64,000 nt of DNA from positions 237,705 through 301,704 of the forward strand of contig VRVR01000015.1 in assembly GCA_009859145.1 (NCBI GenBank), written 5' to 3'. The notes beneath the pieces are model-generated. The model did not search any database. It was given only the letters and a program-made list of their open reading frames with translations, and was not told the DNA's origin. Within the stretch, counting starts at the first letter, position 1, and each line of letters opens with the position of its first letter. This document shows, piece after piece, positions 48,849-59,255 of the stretch. This DNA comes from Andalucia godoyi And28 (taxonomy: Eukaryota; Protista; Jakobida). Position numbers and translations under genes: made by a program.

Positions 48849-50501
48849 ATGCCACACGCTCTGGATTGGGACGATAATTCCCGAATTTCCGATGATTGCC
48901 GTGCGCAGTGGGTTAAGGTCCATCTGATGAGTGGAGGAGGAGATAACGAACGAACGAGGTCCGCAAGAATGACGTGTTTGTTCAATGCAAAGCATCAGCG
49001 TTCCGATCCTTGCCTGGAAGATTCTCCGCATTTCAAAATTATACGCACAAAGGACCGTGGATCGTTTTCAGTTGCACGAAGCGATCTTGTGAGAAATCAG
49101 CTTATTGTGCAATGCTCGGCAGCGTCCTGTGTGGTGGATACGCCGTTTTCCATGAAATGCTGCCATGGGTGCTTTCGGACGTTTGCGCATCACGAGTGGG
49201 TCCAACCAGCGTGTGTGGATTGCACATGGTTTCACCTTTGCGAACACTGCAGTCTTGGGAGTGGTAGCTGCTACTCGGGGTCGATGATGATGGCGATGGC
49301 GAATGATCATTTGAAGATTCATCGCGGATGTGGTGAATGCCTCTTGGATTCCAAGTGGTTCTCAGAAAGTGCACTGGCGAAACAGTGCACTTTGATTCGA
49401 TACGCACTACGAACAATTTACTTTTTGAACACTGAGACGGCTCATCCAGTACGTCTTCATCTCCCGTCCACGGACGACGGAACGGTGTTTGGCAGCCCGA
49501 CGCGAAAAGAGTGGGACAGGGTCTGTGATCACCTTGGAAAGGAGCGAATCGACAAGAAGCACCCTGAAACACATGCATTGTACACCAATATTGCGGATGA
49601 GGTGCTGGCCATCCTCCGACAATCCCAGAAGCACTCACCAACGCCGTCATGGATAGTGATGAGCAGCAGACAGATACACTCCACGGTCGTTCGATCGTTG
49701 TGGAAGTTGCATCTGAATGAGCACGGGTCTGTGGATCGAACCGAGATGGCAGTTATCGGAAGAGGGTTATTTCCTGCTGGAGTGCTCTTCAATCACTCAT
49801 GCAGACCGAATTGCTGGTTCACCATCAACAGTGCAAAAGGAGGAATTTTGGAATACAGAACTCTGACGGATGTTGCAGCAAATGAGGAACTTACGATTGC
49901 ATATGCCTTCATGGGACTGCCAGTTTCCATTCGAAGGCCCTACTTGTTCGAAAAGTACAATTTTGCGTGCTGTTGCGACCGCTGTGTTTTCGCAACTACA
50001 AATCCGTATTTGTCGATCGCGACAAGTGGGACGGAAGAGGAGACGGAGCGCGTTCGTCGGTTCATTTCCGATCGAACATACTTGATCGATTTGAGGCGTG
50101 CACGAGAACAGGATGAGGTGCTGCGCTTGCACAAGACCCTGTTTGAGATGATGGATCGAGCGCTTGTGGCAGGATGTCGAGGGCTCTCGTGGACCACAGA
50201 TTCAAAATGTCGAATCCGAGAAGAGGACCTTTACTTGTTTCTGAATGAAACGCTGTCTTTTTGCTTTCTGTTGCGGAAGATGGAATGCTCCGAAGAGGCA
50301 TCTTCGTTGCTTGTTTTGTACAGTTCCGCGTTATATTCGTATCTTTCGAGCCAGGATTGCAGTGATTGGGTGTGCCGGGACACGTTTCGGATGGTCGCGC
50401 AGAACTGGTTGTCGACGGCGTCCAGCTCAAAACATGTCGGTGCAACTGAGCTGTATCAAGTCATTGGAACTGATGGATGGGGCATAGCGGGGACATCATG
50501 A
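48849..50501 (+). CDS. SMYD-like SET-domain methyltransferase with a Cys/His (MYND-like) insert
   Basis: KDRGSFSVA (SET-N), Cys/His cluster CHGC..CVDC..CEHC..H..H..C, GLFPAGVLFNHSCRPNC, EELTIAY and post-SET FACCCDRC. Confidence 0.9.
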   Translation: MPHALDWDDNSRISDDCRAQWVKVHLMSGGGDNERTRSARMTCLFNAKHQRSDPCLEDSPHFKIIRTKDRGSFSVARSDLVRNQLIVQCSAASCVVDTPFSMKCCHGCFRTFAHHEWVQPACVDCTWFHLCEHCSLGSGSCYSGSMMMAMANDHLKIHRGCGECLLDSKWFSESALAKQCTLIRYALRTIYFLNTETAHPVRLHLPSTDDGTVFGSPTRKEWDRVCDHLGKERIDKKHPETHALYTNIADEVLAILRQSQKHSPTPSWIVMSSRQIHSTVVRSLWKLHLNEHGSVDRTEMAVIGRGLFPAGVLFNHSCRPNCWFTINSAKGGILEYRTLTDVAANEELTIAYAFMGLPVSIRRPYLFEKYNFACCCDRCVFATTNPYLSIATSGTEEETERVRRFISDRTYLIDLRRAREQDEVLRLHKTLFEMMDRALVAGCRGLSWTTDSKCRIREEDLYLFLNETLSFCFLLRKMECSEEASSLLVLYSSALYSYLSSQDCSDWVCRDTFRMVAQNWLSTASSSKHVGATELYQVIGTDGWGIAGTS

Positions 50502-50543
50502 TCGTCAAAGTAGAGCACGCAGAATATAATGCCATGCTGTGAA

Positions 50544-51800
50544 TTACGATGCACGCTCATGCATGTGAACTGCCAAGTGTGTATCATGCGCACACCACAT
50601 CGCGTGCGGACCCACAGCAAGAGCACTTACGGGAATATTGCCAATGCCCGGTCGGAAGAAGGGTGGAATGCGCTGCGATGCATGCCCGAGAATGTTGAGA
50701 TCCCAGGTCCACACAGCTCCGTCCTGCGATCCCGAGTACACGACTCCCGGTCCCGTTGTCCTTGCTGGCTGGCTGGCAGTAGGCTTGTTTCGGTGCTGTT
50801 GGTCCTCTGCCACACTCGAGTACTTGGACTGCGCGAAGTCGACCTCGTCCATCGCAAGCGGAATTTTCAGATCGCCACTTGCTGAATGGCCCTGAAGTTC
50901 TCTCAATATCGCGCCGTCCGTCCGATCCACAACTCTGATGACGGAGCCCTTGTTGCTGATGCACACTGCTCTTCCAAGCATGACAAAGGACGCGTCCACG
51001 ACAGGATGTTTGGTTTCCATAATGACACACTTTCCGAAAGGATCCATTTGTCGGATGTCATGCGCGGCGATCGCACCATCCAAGGAAACACTGGTGAATC
51101 CACAGAGGGTGCTCGCAACGCGCGAGCTCGAGTCCGTTGCACGCTCTGATCTGTGCTGTCCAAACTGAAAATCCGACACAGACGACCCGGCGTTGTCCTC
51201 CAGGGCATCGAAAGAAGCAAAGACCACTGCGTCAGTTCGAGTAATTGTCTGAACACACGGCGACCGAGAGCGCACGTCCCACAGTTTCACGGTCGCATCA
51301 AATCCACCGGAGACAAGCAAGTCGGGATGGGCATTGGAGAAACGGACACTGAGTATTTTGCGATTATGAGACGACAGCCGTCGAAGCAATGACGGTCCTG
51401 AGGGCCCAACCGTCCAAAGCAGGACGTCGGGATCCCCTCCGCACGACGCAACCATCATTCCCTGGTTTCCGCGTCTGCATGCATGTCCATATACAAATAA
51501 GCAGGGAAAATAAAACGCAGCAGCAACAACAACAAAATGTCAATATCGAAAAATGAAAGATGATTCCTATGTAGCTTCCACAGTCATAGCAGGTGTTCGG
51601 GGGAAAAAGATGATGGCATACGCTGATTTTGAAACGGAGGAACCCAGTACGCCGTGCGAGTGGCCTCGAAACACACATACTGTTTTATTCAGAGTCTGGA
51701 GCGACAGAGTTCGATCAAGCGATGTCAGCAGCAGGGTATCAGAACTCAGATACGATATGCTTGTTATAGTGTCCGTGTGACACGAGTGTATTTCTTGCAT
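50544..51800 (-). CDS. WDR83: WD40-repeat protein WDR83/MORG1-like (exons 51800-51622 and 51474-50544, 369 aa)
   Basis: Spliced reading: ...TSLDRTLSL...FRGHSHGVLG...SA|RGNQGMMVASCGGDPDVLLW...SGGFDATVKLWDVRSRSPCVQT...SVSLDG..AHDIRQ...IRVVDRTDGAILRELQGH...SGSQDGAVWTWDL. This is collinear with MORG1. Confidence 0.8.
51475..51621 (-). other. Spliceosomal intron (147 nt)
   Basis: GTATGC donor and GCAG acceptor. Removal joins two WD40-coding ORFs in frame (179+931 nt). Confidence 0.85.
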
Positions 51801-51947
51801 CCACTCTGCATACGATTCTTACCGGAATGCACGGTATGGATGTTGGATCCGTATGCGGAAAAAAGCGCGTGCGATGCTCGAAGATGACGAACAGGATGAA
51901 ATCCATGCGTATGATTGGTTGTTCATTGTGTGAGCGATAAGGCTCTC

Positions 51948-52065
51948 AGGTACGGCCATACTAGAGTGAAAATACCGCATCCCGTCCGATTTGCGAAGTC
52001 AAGTGCTCTCAGGCTGGAGTAGTACTGAGGTGGGTGACCACTCGGGAATTCCCAGTGCTGTACTT
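51948..52065 (+). rRNA. 5S rRNA: Cytosolic 5S rRNA, single dispersed copy
   Basis: Sequence AGGTACGGCCATAC...GAA...CCG.ATCCCGTCCGAT.TGCGAAGTCAAG...GTAGTACT...GGGTGACCAC..GGGAA.TCC..GTGCTGTACTT carries the eukaryotic 5S signature segments. The 5' AGGUACGGC pairs with the 3' GCUGUACUU (helix I). About 118 nt. Confidence 0.95.
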
Positions 52066-52078
52066 TTTGCGACTTTTT
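52064..52078 (+). terminator. RNA polymerase III terminator T-runs
   Basis: TTTTT immediately after the 5S 3' end, with a second TTTTT 5 nt further on. Confidence 0.75.
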
Positions 52079-52366
52079 GCTTCTTTGCGGGGGGCTTTTC
52101 TTTATACTCTGGCTTTTGGTCTTTGGTGCGTTCTATGCACTCACCATTCAGGATCTGTGATTCATGCATTGCGTGATGAAAACACGTCGGTGATTGTAAA
52201 TATGAAACAAGTCACCGAACCTTTTGCAAGTTATATCATCATTATCATTATTTATTCGTCTTTTTTCACGACGAGATGGAGACGGAGGAGGGTGAGTGCG
52301 CATGTGTGTCTGTCTGTAGCCATTCATTGAATCACTCTCTGCGGTTCCTCGTTATGGCTTCTGGAT

Positions 52367-52852
52367 TCAGGCGTGGGACGGAGCGGATGGACTTTGTGCT
52401 GAAGACGATGGCTGGTGTTGGTGATGATTAGAGCCTTGATGACGCGACCCGGCAGACGACGAATGTGATGATGATGGTGACGACGACGATGAATATGACG
52501 ATGAGGAGGAGGAAGAGGAAGGAGGATATGCGGTGGGAATGTCTCGAGCAGCGGCTGCGGTTGCAAAGCCATCGGCCTTTACAATCAAGTGACGTACGAT
52601 ATCCTCGTCGATGCGAAGTCGTCGATCCAGTTCTTTCGGCAGCGCAGGCGGTGCATCAAACTCGACTCGCAGATACTTTCCGGCCTGGTACGTCTGCTGA
52701 TGAGCCTTGATCGGGTAGGACAGCTTGCGGATCCCAAGATTCTCAAACTTGCGCAAAAGCCCACCAGATGACAAAATCACATCGGAATAGCGACGCAAAA
52801 GTGACGCATAGTCTGTCCGGCGAGCTACCAACACAAGCTCATAAGACACCAT
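52367..52852 (-). CDS. MRPS6: Mitochondrial ribosomal protein bS6m with a Ser/His-rich C-terminal tail (161 aa)
   Basis: MVSYELVLVAR...GGLLRKFENLGIRKLSYPIK.H.....G.Y....FDAPP....ELDRRLRIDEDIVRHLIVK is the bS6 signature. Start at the ATG at 52852. Confidence 0.9.
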   Translation of the reverse strand: MVSYELVLVARRTDYASLLRRYSDVILSSGGLLRKFENLGIRKLSYPIKAHQQTYQAGKYLRVEFDAPPALPKELDRRLRIDEDIVRHLIVKADGFATAAAARDIPTAYPPSSSSSSSSYSSSSSPSSSHSSSAGSRHQGSNHHQHQPSSSAQSPSAPSHA

Positions 52853-53230
52853 TTCCCCGCTTCCCACCTGTACTAATTCAGAGTCTAGCAACAACAAAAA
52901 AGAAAGAACACACAGAATAACAACACATAGAATATAATGACAAAACATGCAAAACGGGAGAGAGCAATGGGAAAAAAGAATAGTAGGAAGGAGAAGGAAA
53001 AAAAGGCGAGTGGTTGCAGCTAGGCTCAATTGATTCTTTATCGTTTTCCCTTTCCTTGTTCCTGTGATGTCAACCCGACCCACCGTGTTTTCGTACTGCG
53101 AATAGCGTGGAGCTGCATTGCGTCGCTTTTAGAGAGTTTGAAAAATGCACTGTACTTTTTGGTTTTTATTTTTTGGTTTTTGTGGAGGGGAGGGGGAACG
53201 AGGGATTAGGGTGTTTATAGGAATGTTGAA

Positions 53231-55810
53231 ATGTACGGGATGATGACGATGCTTGTTTCATTTGCTGCGATATCAGCAATGACTCCTGCTTTCGTATCAT
53301 CATCATCGGTTCCGGCAACCCTCATTTGCATTTTGCTTGCGTATTCCACGTATGTTCAGTCCCTGCGGTCTTCCCGGCTCCACGCTTGCATGGATACTGG
53401 TGATGGCAGGAGTGGTATCAGTAGTAGCGGTGGTGGTAATAAGATGGGCGTCAGGAATGCGGCGTATGCGAATGGTCGCAATCGATATGTATTTCATAGC
53501 GGCTGCAGCGACAACAACGACGACGGGGACGATGGAGAGATTGTTTTCGCAAATGATGGTAGATCGTCTGTGCATGCTGGATTGGCACCGGTTTCGTCCT
53601 CCGTGCCTCCTCCTGAAGCACCAGAGGCTCTGGATTCCTCCTTGGTTGCTGACGCAGAGAAGATCACAGAAATCGTGGAGGAGAAGACGCGCATTCTGAT
53701 GTTTCGACTCGTCCTAATTGTCACGTTTTGTGTTGTTGGGCTTCCGCTACGTGACTTTGTCCACTCTTTTCTGCTGCTCCTTTGCGTGTTTTTGCCGTGC
53801 GAGGTTGCCCAGTCGCCGTACGGTTTTCAGCGAGAAGGGGCTGCCACAGGGGTTGCATCGTCGGTGTTGTCCAGTACGCTGATTATGAATGTCGCGCCAA
53901 TCGTCGCGTATCCGATCACTCTGCGGTTTCTTGTTTCGTCTCCCCACTCTCCGCTGCGGCTCGCAGGCATCTCGTTGACTTATGCGCAAGTCGCGACGTT
54001 CCTGTCAGTTCTGTACCTCATTGCTTCGGGTCCGTCCGTCTCCGATGGGAAACGGCTCGTGTTGCAGCGAATGGGCGTCTGGAGATCAATGATCAAATCT
54101 GGCATGGAAAGAATCATCGAGCAACCGACACCGCGATCATCATCAAAATCGGCTTCACGAGTCGGGAGTACGCCGTCTGCGATTCCACCACATGCGACTC
54201 TGTCGGCATTTTCATCACCGATTCTCTCTGGACCGTTTGGCGGAGGCTTCGGCACAGCCACAGCAACAGCCACAGGAACAGGCTCGGCTTCGGCGTCCCC
54301 GATCTCGGGAAGGGTGATCTCAGAATCCGCGAGTGGTGCGAGTCCGTCGTGGGATACTTTCGTGTCCCCGTCGTTTTCTTCGTCTCCCGGATTGCAGATT
54401 ACAGTGCCCATGTCTGGAGCCAGGCGAAGGGTATCTGATTCACATGCTGTCAGCCCTTCGATTGCTGGGATGTTATCCGCCACGGCCCCTCCTTCTCCTT
54501 CCGGTTCTGCCGCGATAAGTGTGAGCTCCAGTGTATCACCGTCTACATTTGCAAAAACACCGTCTCCGCTGATCCAATCTTACTGGTTCTTGCTTGAACG
54601 TGTAGCATCGCTTCATCCCGAGTCGAGGTTCATCCAAACGCTGCTTTTCCTCTTTACTCCGATTTTGTTCTCTCTATTTTCGGCTTCAGCGTCCTTTTCC
54701 TCGGTCTTGCTGATTGCGTGTATTCTTATCGGCGTGTGCTTCGCGGTCGAATCACTTCTGCGTTTTCACGCGCGTTTCCTTGCGTCTACTCCAATGTTGT
54801 TCGTTGCGATTGTCGTGTTTGGAGCCCTCTCTGTGGAATTTGGGGTAATTCCATTCTTCTATGGCGCGTTTGCAGTTTCGACGCATCTTGCTGTGCGCAA
54901 GTCGTTTCGATTCTTTCTTCTCGTTATTGCCACATTTTCATCCTGTCGATTGTTTCCCCAGCCATCTATTATTGCATTTTCTGTTGCTTCCGCAGTGTTT
55001 TTCGCGGATGCTCTCGATCTTGTTTCAGTGTTTTCTTCGGTCTCGTCTCCCCTCTACCCTTTCTCTCTTGCGAAGACGGGTGGGCAAGGTGGTGGTGTGC
55101 AGTCCGGTCTGGAGAAGTACCGATCCATGATGCGTCAGAGAATGGCTGTCCCGATGATCGTTTCTGTGTTGCTGCTGTCCCGACTAAGCCTTGTTGTATG
55201 GATTGTAGTGCTGTGCGCTGCAATGTGTTTCATGAACGTGTACGCGCGCCCTGTTTCAATTGCGGGGGCTTTCTTTTGTCTGTATATTTCAATGTCGGAA
55301 TCGGATCGAATCGTTGATCTTCTTGCAGCAGCGGCGTTTCTATATTTTACAAAACCACCCAAACAGTGGTTTCCAAAGCTAGATTTGAATTTATGGGCGT
55401 TCCCTGTTCGATTATCGCGCAGGTGGACTCCGTGTATCCTAATGTATTCTATACTGTTGTTTCTCAACTTCATTCCGGAATCAAGAAAGCCGTCGTTCAA
55501 CTCAATGGACGCCCATTTGATGAAGAATCGCCCTTTTCGTTCTTCGTTGTCCCTCTTGAGCTCCTTATCGCTCGCTTCGCGTCTGCCCCCGTCAACCTGG
55601 ACTGCAGTTTCCTTTGCGATTTTTGCCTTCTTTTTGGCTCTGTTTCTTCTTTTTGTTGCTCGAATTTATGGACACTTTCTGCGGAATCAACACTTCCATC
55701 TGTTGAAATGGTATCGGATCTCTGCATCGCTCCTGCTTTCCTTGGTTGGGCTGTTGGCCGGAATTCCGTTCCTCGGCTTCTGGATGGCGTTTCTTGTATG
55801 GCTTCTCTAA
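53231..55810 (+). CDS. Hypothetical polytopic membrane protein (859 aa)
   Basis: Many hydrophobic segments in clusters, separated by a long Ser/Pro/Gly-rich loop. No family recognised. Confidence 0.75.
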   Translation: MYGMMTMLVSFAAISAMTPAFVSSSSVPATLICILLAYSTYVQSLRSSRLHACMDTGDGRSGISSSGGGNKMGVRNAAYANGRNRYVFHSGCSDNNDDGDDGEIVFANDGRSSVHAGLAPVSSSVPPPEAPEALDSSLVADAEKITEIVEEKTRILMFRLVLIVTFCVVGLPLRDFVHSFLLLLCVFLPCEVAQSPYGFQREGAATGVASSVLSSTLIMNVAPIVAYPITLRFLVSSPHSPLRLAGISLTYAQVATFLSVLYLIASGPSVSDGKRLVLQRMGVWRSMIKSGMERIIEQPTPRSSSKSASRVGSTPSAIPPHATLSAFSSPILSGPFGGGFGTATATATGTGSASASPISGRVISESASGASPSWDTFVSPSFSSSPGLQITVPMSGARRRVSDSHAVSPSIAGMLSATAPPSPSGSAAISVSSSVSPSTFAKTPSPLIQSYWFLLERVASLHPESRFIQTLLFLFTPILFSLFSASASFSSVLLIACILIGVCFAVESLLRFHARFLASTPMLFVAIVVFGALSVEFGVIPFFYGAFAVSTHLAVRKSFRFFLLVIATFSSCRLFPQPSIIAFSVASAVFFADALDLVSVFSSVSSPLYPFSLAKTGGQGGGVQSGLEKYRSMMRQRMAVPMIVSVLLLSRLSLVVWIVVLCAAMCFMNVYARPVSIAGAFFCLYISMSESDRIVDLLAAAAFLYFTKPPKQWFPKLDLNLWAFPVRLSRRWTPCILMYSILLFLNFIPESRKPSFNSMDAHLMKNRPFRSSLSLLSSLSLASRLPPSTWTAVSFAIFAFFLALFLLFVARIYGHFLRNQHFHLLKWYRISASLLLSLVGLLAGIPFLGFWMAFLVWLL

Positions 55811-55870
55811 CCGCAGACAGAAAAACCTTGTAAATCCTGCACACACCAGCTCGTAGAATCCCTTTTTCAT

Positions 55871-55913
<43 letters not shown>

Positions 55914-56538
55914 TCCTCCTCTCCTCCTCATCTGAATCTCGCTCGAGTGTATGCACGATGCAGAGACACGACTTTGCCCGACAGCAGGAACTGTGAAAAA
56001 AAAAAAGCAAGCCCATTGTCGTTTCATGGTACACTCGCCAAAACATGAATCATTACTGATCATCGGTTAAGCTGTCACCGAAGACAGATCCAATTTGGGG
56101 AGAACACCAACTCTTCAATGCAGATTGCTCTGCATCAAAGGATCATCACTCCTTCTTGCTGCTCTCCGCCTCTGATGAGAGGGAATCAACGGGTTTCTTG
56201 GTTCTCGGCATCTTCAGGCATGGCCGGTGTGAGCTTGCTGGGAAGCTCCCTCTTTGGAGCCATGTGATGCTTCGGCTCTAATGAAAGGTGCTCCTTGAGG
56301 AATCGATTATTAAAACCAGAATAACAGAAAGAAGAAAAAGAAAAAAGAAATACTAGACTTGACTACGGTAGGAAAATCGTGTTGTTTGACGTTCAGCGTT
56401 GCTACGCAAAGCTGTCAGCCGTTTCAGCAGTCCATTTGTTTGCCTGTTTGTGTTTGTTTGTTGGTGTTTCGTTTTTTCAAAAAAGAGAAGCAGAAAAGGA
56501 CTGCTTTTGGTTTAGTGAATTAAGTTTTTGATTTTTGG

Positions 56539-58929
56539 ATGGAGAATCTGGCGATTCCCGTTTCACACACAGACATTCTTGCAACAGGAACGTCGCCTTC
56601 TCACCGGTCGTTTCCATGCTGCACAACGGTGTTTTCTGCGAGCGCGATTGCTTCTAATTCGTATAACAACAACCTTGTATATGTGTTTGGAGGGACGACG
56701 ACTTCTCCGGATGGATATGCTCTGTATGTGCTGGATGTGGGCCAGTCTCCATCATGGTCTCGAGTCGATGCAAAGGGCCAACCGCCACCAAAGAAGAGAG
56801 GTGTTTCGATGGTGTTTTGTCCTGTTTTTTCTTCCTCCTTGCAAACTACGTCAGCAGGTGGTGGCGGTGCGAATTCGTCGTTTGTATCGAGCGGGAAGGG
56901 ATTTCTAGTTCTTTTTGGAGGAGAGTCTGCGGCTGGGCAATCGGCGGATGTGCATATATTCGATTGTGGGCTGAAGCGATGGTCCCGGCTGCCGGCCTCC
57001 AACGACGAGAGTCCTTCGTCAAGGTCGTTTCACGCTGCTTCGTTGGTTTCGGAAGGCGAGAGACTATGCATGTTTGTCCACGGTGGAATTGGCGCTCAGA
57101 AGAAGGTTTTAGGAGATACTTGGTTGCTGTACCTGGACACCTTTCAGTGGTTCAAAGTGGAACAGCAGCAACAGCAGCAGCAGCAGCAGCAGCAACAGCA
57201 TGCATTCCGGGGGGAACCGAAGCTTCCTGCAGTACGTTGGGGGCATTCTGCATCCTTGCTGTCGCCTTCCGCTGTGGTCATTTTTGGCGGGCAGGTCTCG
57301 ACAATGGATGATTTGACGGCGTCGCTGGATGCTCCACAAGATGAGCTGTGTGACGATGTATGGGTGTATGAAAATCGTGTTTGGACACCTATCGAGCATT
57401 GGAAAATCCCATCCGCAAGCTCTTCGTCTGGATCAAGAGGAAAATTCAACCCAAGAGAGAATGAAAGCGATATGTTTCCTGTGGCTCGCCGTGGGCATTC
57501 TCTTACGCGGATTTCGGCGGGCGTTTTTGCACTCGCCGGTGGATTCGATGGGGCGCGGGCGTTAAACGACCTGTGGTTCTTGTCCATCGACAGGCCTGCA
57601 ACGTCGTCGACGGCCGATCGAGGAGCTTCTGGTGGTTCCATTTCAAAAGACGCTAAATGGGTCGGGGTTTGGCACGCGACACGACCATTGCGAAAGGTAT
57701 TCTCGGCGAGAGAGAATCACGTCTGTGGCTGCATTGCCACTTCGAAAGACGGAGCAACTTCAACGCATCTGTACTTGACTCTTGGTCAAAATAGAGAAAA
57801 GTTTGAGGACTCTACGTGGCGAGTAGACGTTTCCGAACAAGCCAAAAAGCTGGCATCTTCATCCGTTTTTCAAGCTTCTTATGAGATTCCGGCTTTCAAT
57901 AGAGCGGGCACTGAGAGGGTGCCTGCTCGCAACGAGCGGACACGTCCCGATGTGAATAGTCCACAGTCTTCTCGAAGGCAGCCTGCCGACTCTCCTTCTC
58001 CTCCTTCACCATCTCCTTCTCCTCCTTCACCATCACCATCTCCATCCGCCACTGTTTCCGTTTCGGCTGCTGCGTCTCCAGCATCAAGTAGACCAAACAA
58101 TGGCGCATCAATGTCCAACGAACGTCCGGCTGCTCAAAGTCCCGCGGCCTTGCGTGGCAAAGGAAATCCGCAGATGACCATGCTTGTGAAAATGATCGAT
58201 TCATTGGACGCGTCGTTCCGATCACTGCGATCGTCCATTGTTCGTGAAGTACAGGCTCTTGACAGACGCCTGAGTGTTCTGGAGCGGATTGTCAGACCGT
58301 ATAGCCCAAGTCATGAGTCTGCGATTTCTAGCGCGCCGGCGTCTCCTGCCTCTTACCATTCGGATCGCTCGGCTCCCGGTACTCCCGAGTCTGCATCGGC
58401 GCATGCGGTCGCTGTGCGAGAAATGAATACTTTGGAAAGTGAGTTTGAACATGTTTCTTCTGTGGTGCGGCAAGTTGCGTTGAGTGTCGCATCCTTGCCG
58501 CATTCGAATGCACCATTGCTGTGGATTCTTGTTCGAACTGTGGACAGTTTCGGTGCAGTCGGCGCGTCATCGTCAACCATTTGTGATGCGATCGGCGATT
58601 TCCACCGTTACATTCACGCAACGCTCTCTTCTCTTCCTGCCCAGTCCACAAGCTCCTTACCTCTTCTTGTGTCTGTGATGAACGATCTTCCTGCGACGAC
58701 GGATCGTATCCGAGAGCTTCTATCTCGGTGGTCTTCCAAGAGCGGCGACCGCTTGTTTGTTCGTCGTCGGTTCTTGTCTTCTGGAGAGGATGATGACGGT
58801 TTGTCTACAACGAGTGACGATAGCTACTTGTCGAACACTCCCTCTGCAATGTCCAATTCCAGTTCGTTTTCTGGCGCTGTTCGGTACGTGTTGTCTTCTC
58901 GGTTCTTGCAGCTTCTTCGGAAAGACTAG
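56539..58929 (+). CDS. Kelch-repeat beta-propeller protein with a helical/coiled-coil C-terminus
   Basis: Repeated Kelch blades: VYVFGG, LVLFGGE...DVHIFD...W, SRSFHAAS..MFVHGG...DTWL, VRWGHSAS..VVIFGG, ARRGHSL..ALAGG...LNDLW, ARENH. Followed by an SP-rich linker. Confidence 0.88.
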   Translation: MENLAIPVSHTDILATGTSPSHRSFPCCTTVFSASAIASNSYNNNLVYVFGGTTTSPDGYALYVLDVGQSPSWSRVDAKGQPPPKKRGVSMVFCPVFSSSLQTTSAGGGGANSSFVSSGKGFLVLFGGESAAGQSADVHIFDCGLKRWSRLPASNDESPSSRSFHAASLVSEGERLCMFVHGGIGAQKKVLGDTWLLYLDTFQWFKVEQQQQQQQQQQQQHAFRGEPKLPAVRWGHSASLLSPSAVVIFGGQVSTMDDLTASLDAPQDELCDDVWVYENRVWTPIEHWKIPSASSSSGSRGKFNPRENESDMFPVARRGHSLTRISAGVFALAGGFDGARALNDLWFLSIDRPATSSTADRGASGGSISKDAKWVGVWHATRPLRKVFSARENHVCGCIATSKDGATSTHLYLTLGQNREKFEDSTWRVDVSEQAKKLASSSVFQASYEIPAFNRAGTERVPARNERTRPDVNSPQSSRRQPADSPSPPSPSPSPPSPSPSPSATVSVSAAASPASSRPNNGASMSNERPAAQSPAALRGKGNPQMTMLVKMIDSLDASFRSLRSSIVREVQALDRRLSVLERIVRPYSPSHESAISSAPASPASYHSDRSAPGTPESASAHAVAVREMNTLESEFEHVSSVVRQVALSVASLPHSNAPLLWILVRTVDSFGAVGASSSTICDAIGDFHRYIHATLSSLPAQSTSSLPLLVSVMNDLPATTDRIRELLSRWSSKSGDRLFVRRRFLSSGEDDDGLSTTSDDSYLSNTPSAMSNSSSFSGAVRYVLSSRFLQLLRKD

Positions 58930-59255
58930 CAAGCGGGCAAGCAAAAACCAGAGGCGGGAGGGGTGGGAGCCCAAACAATTATGAGCAGCGTCTTCCTGTT
59001 ATGTACAGTATTTTATTTTTCGCACAGCCTTTTTTAATTCTCGTTTGTGCTGTATGCGCAGTACTTGTTGCTCATTTCTTCGTGGCGGAGGGGTTTTTAA
59101 AAACAAAATAATAATTTCTTCTTACTGCATGCTTGCGAACACAACCTTAAATATTTATTTAAATTAAAAAAAAAATAGTAAAAACTGACGGAACGTGCTT
59201 TCAACTTGCGTGGCTTCGGCATCCGTTCAGTGATCCTCGAAACAAGCAGAGCTGC

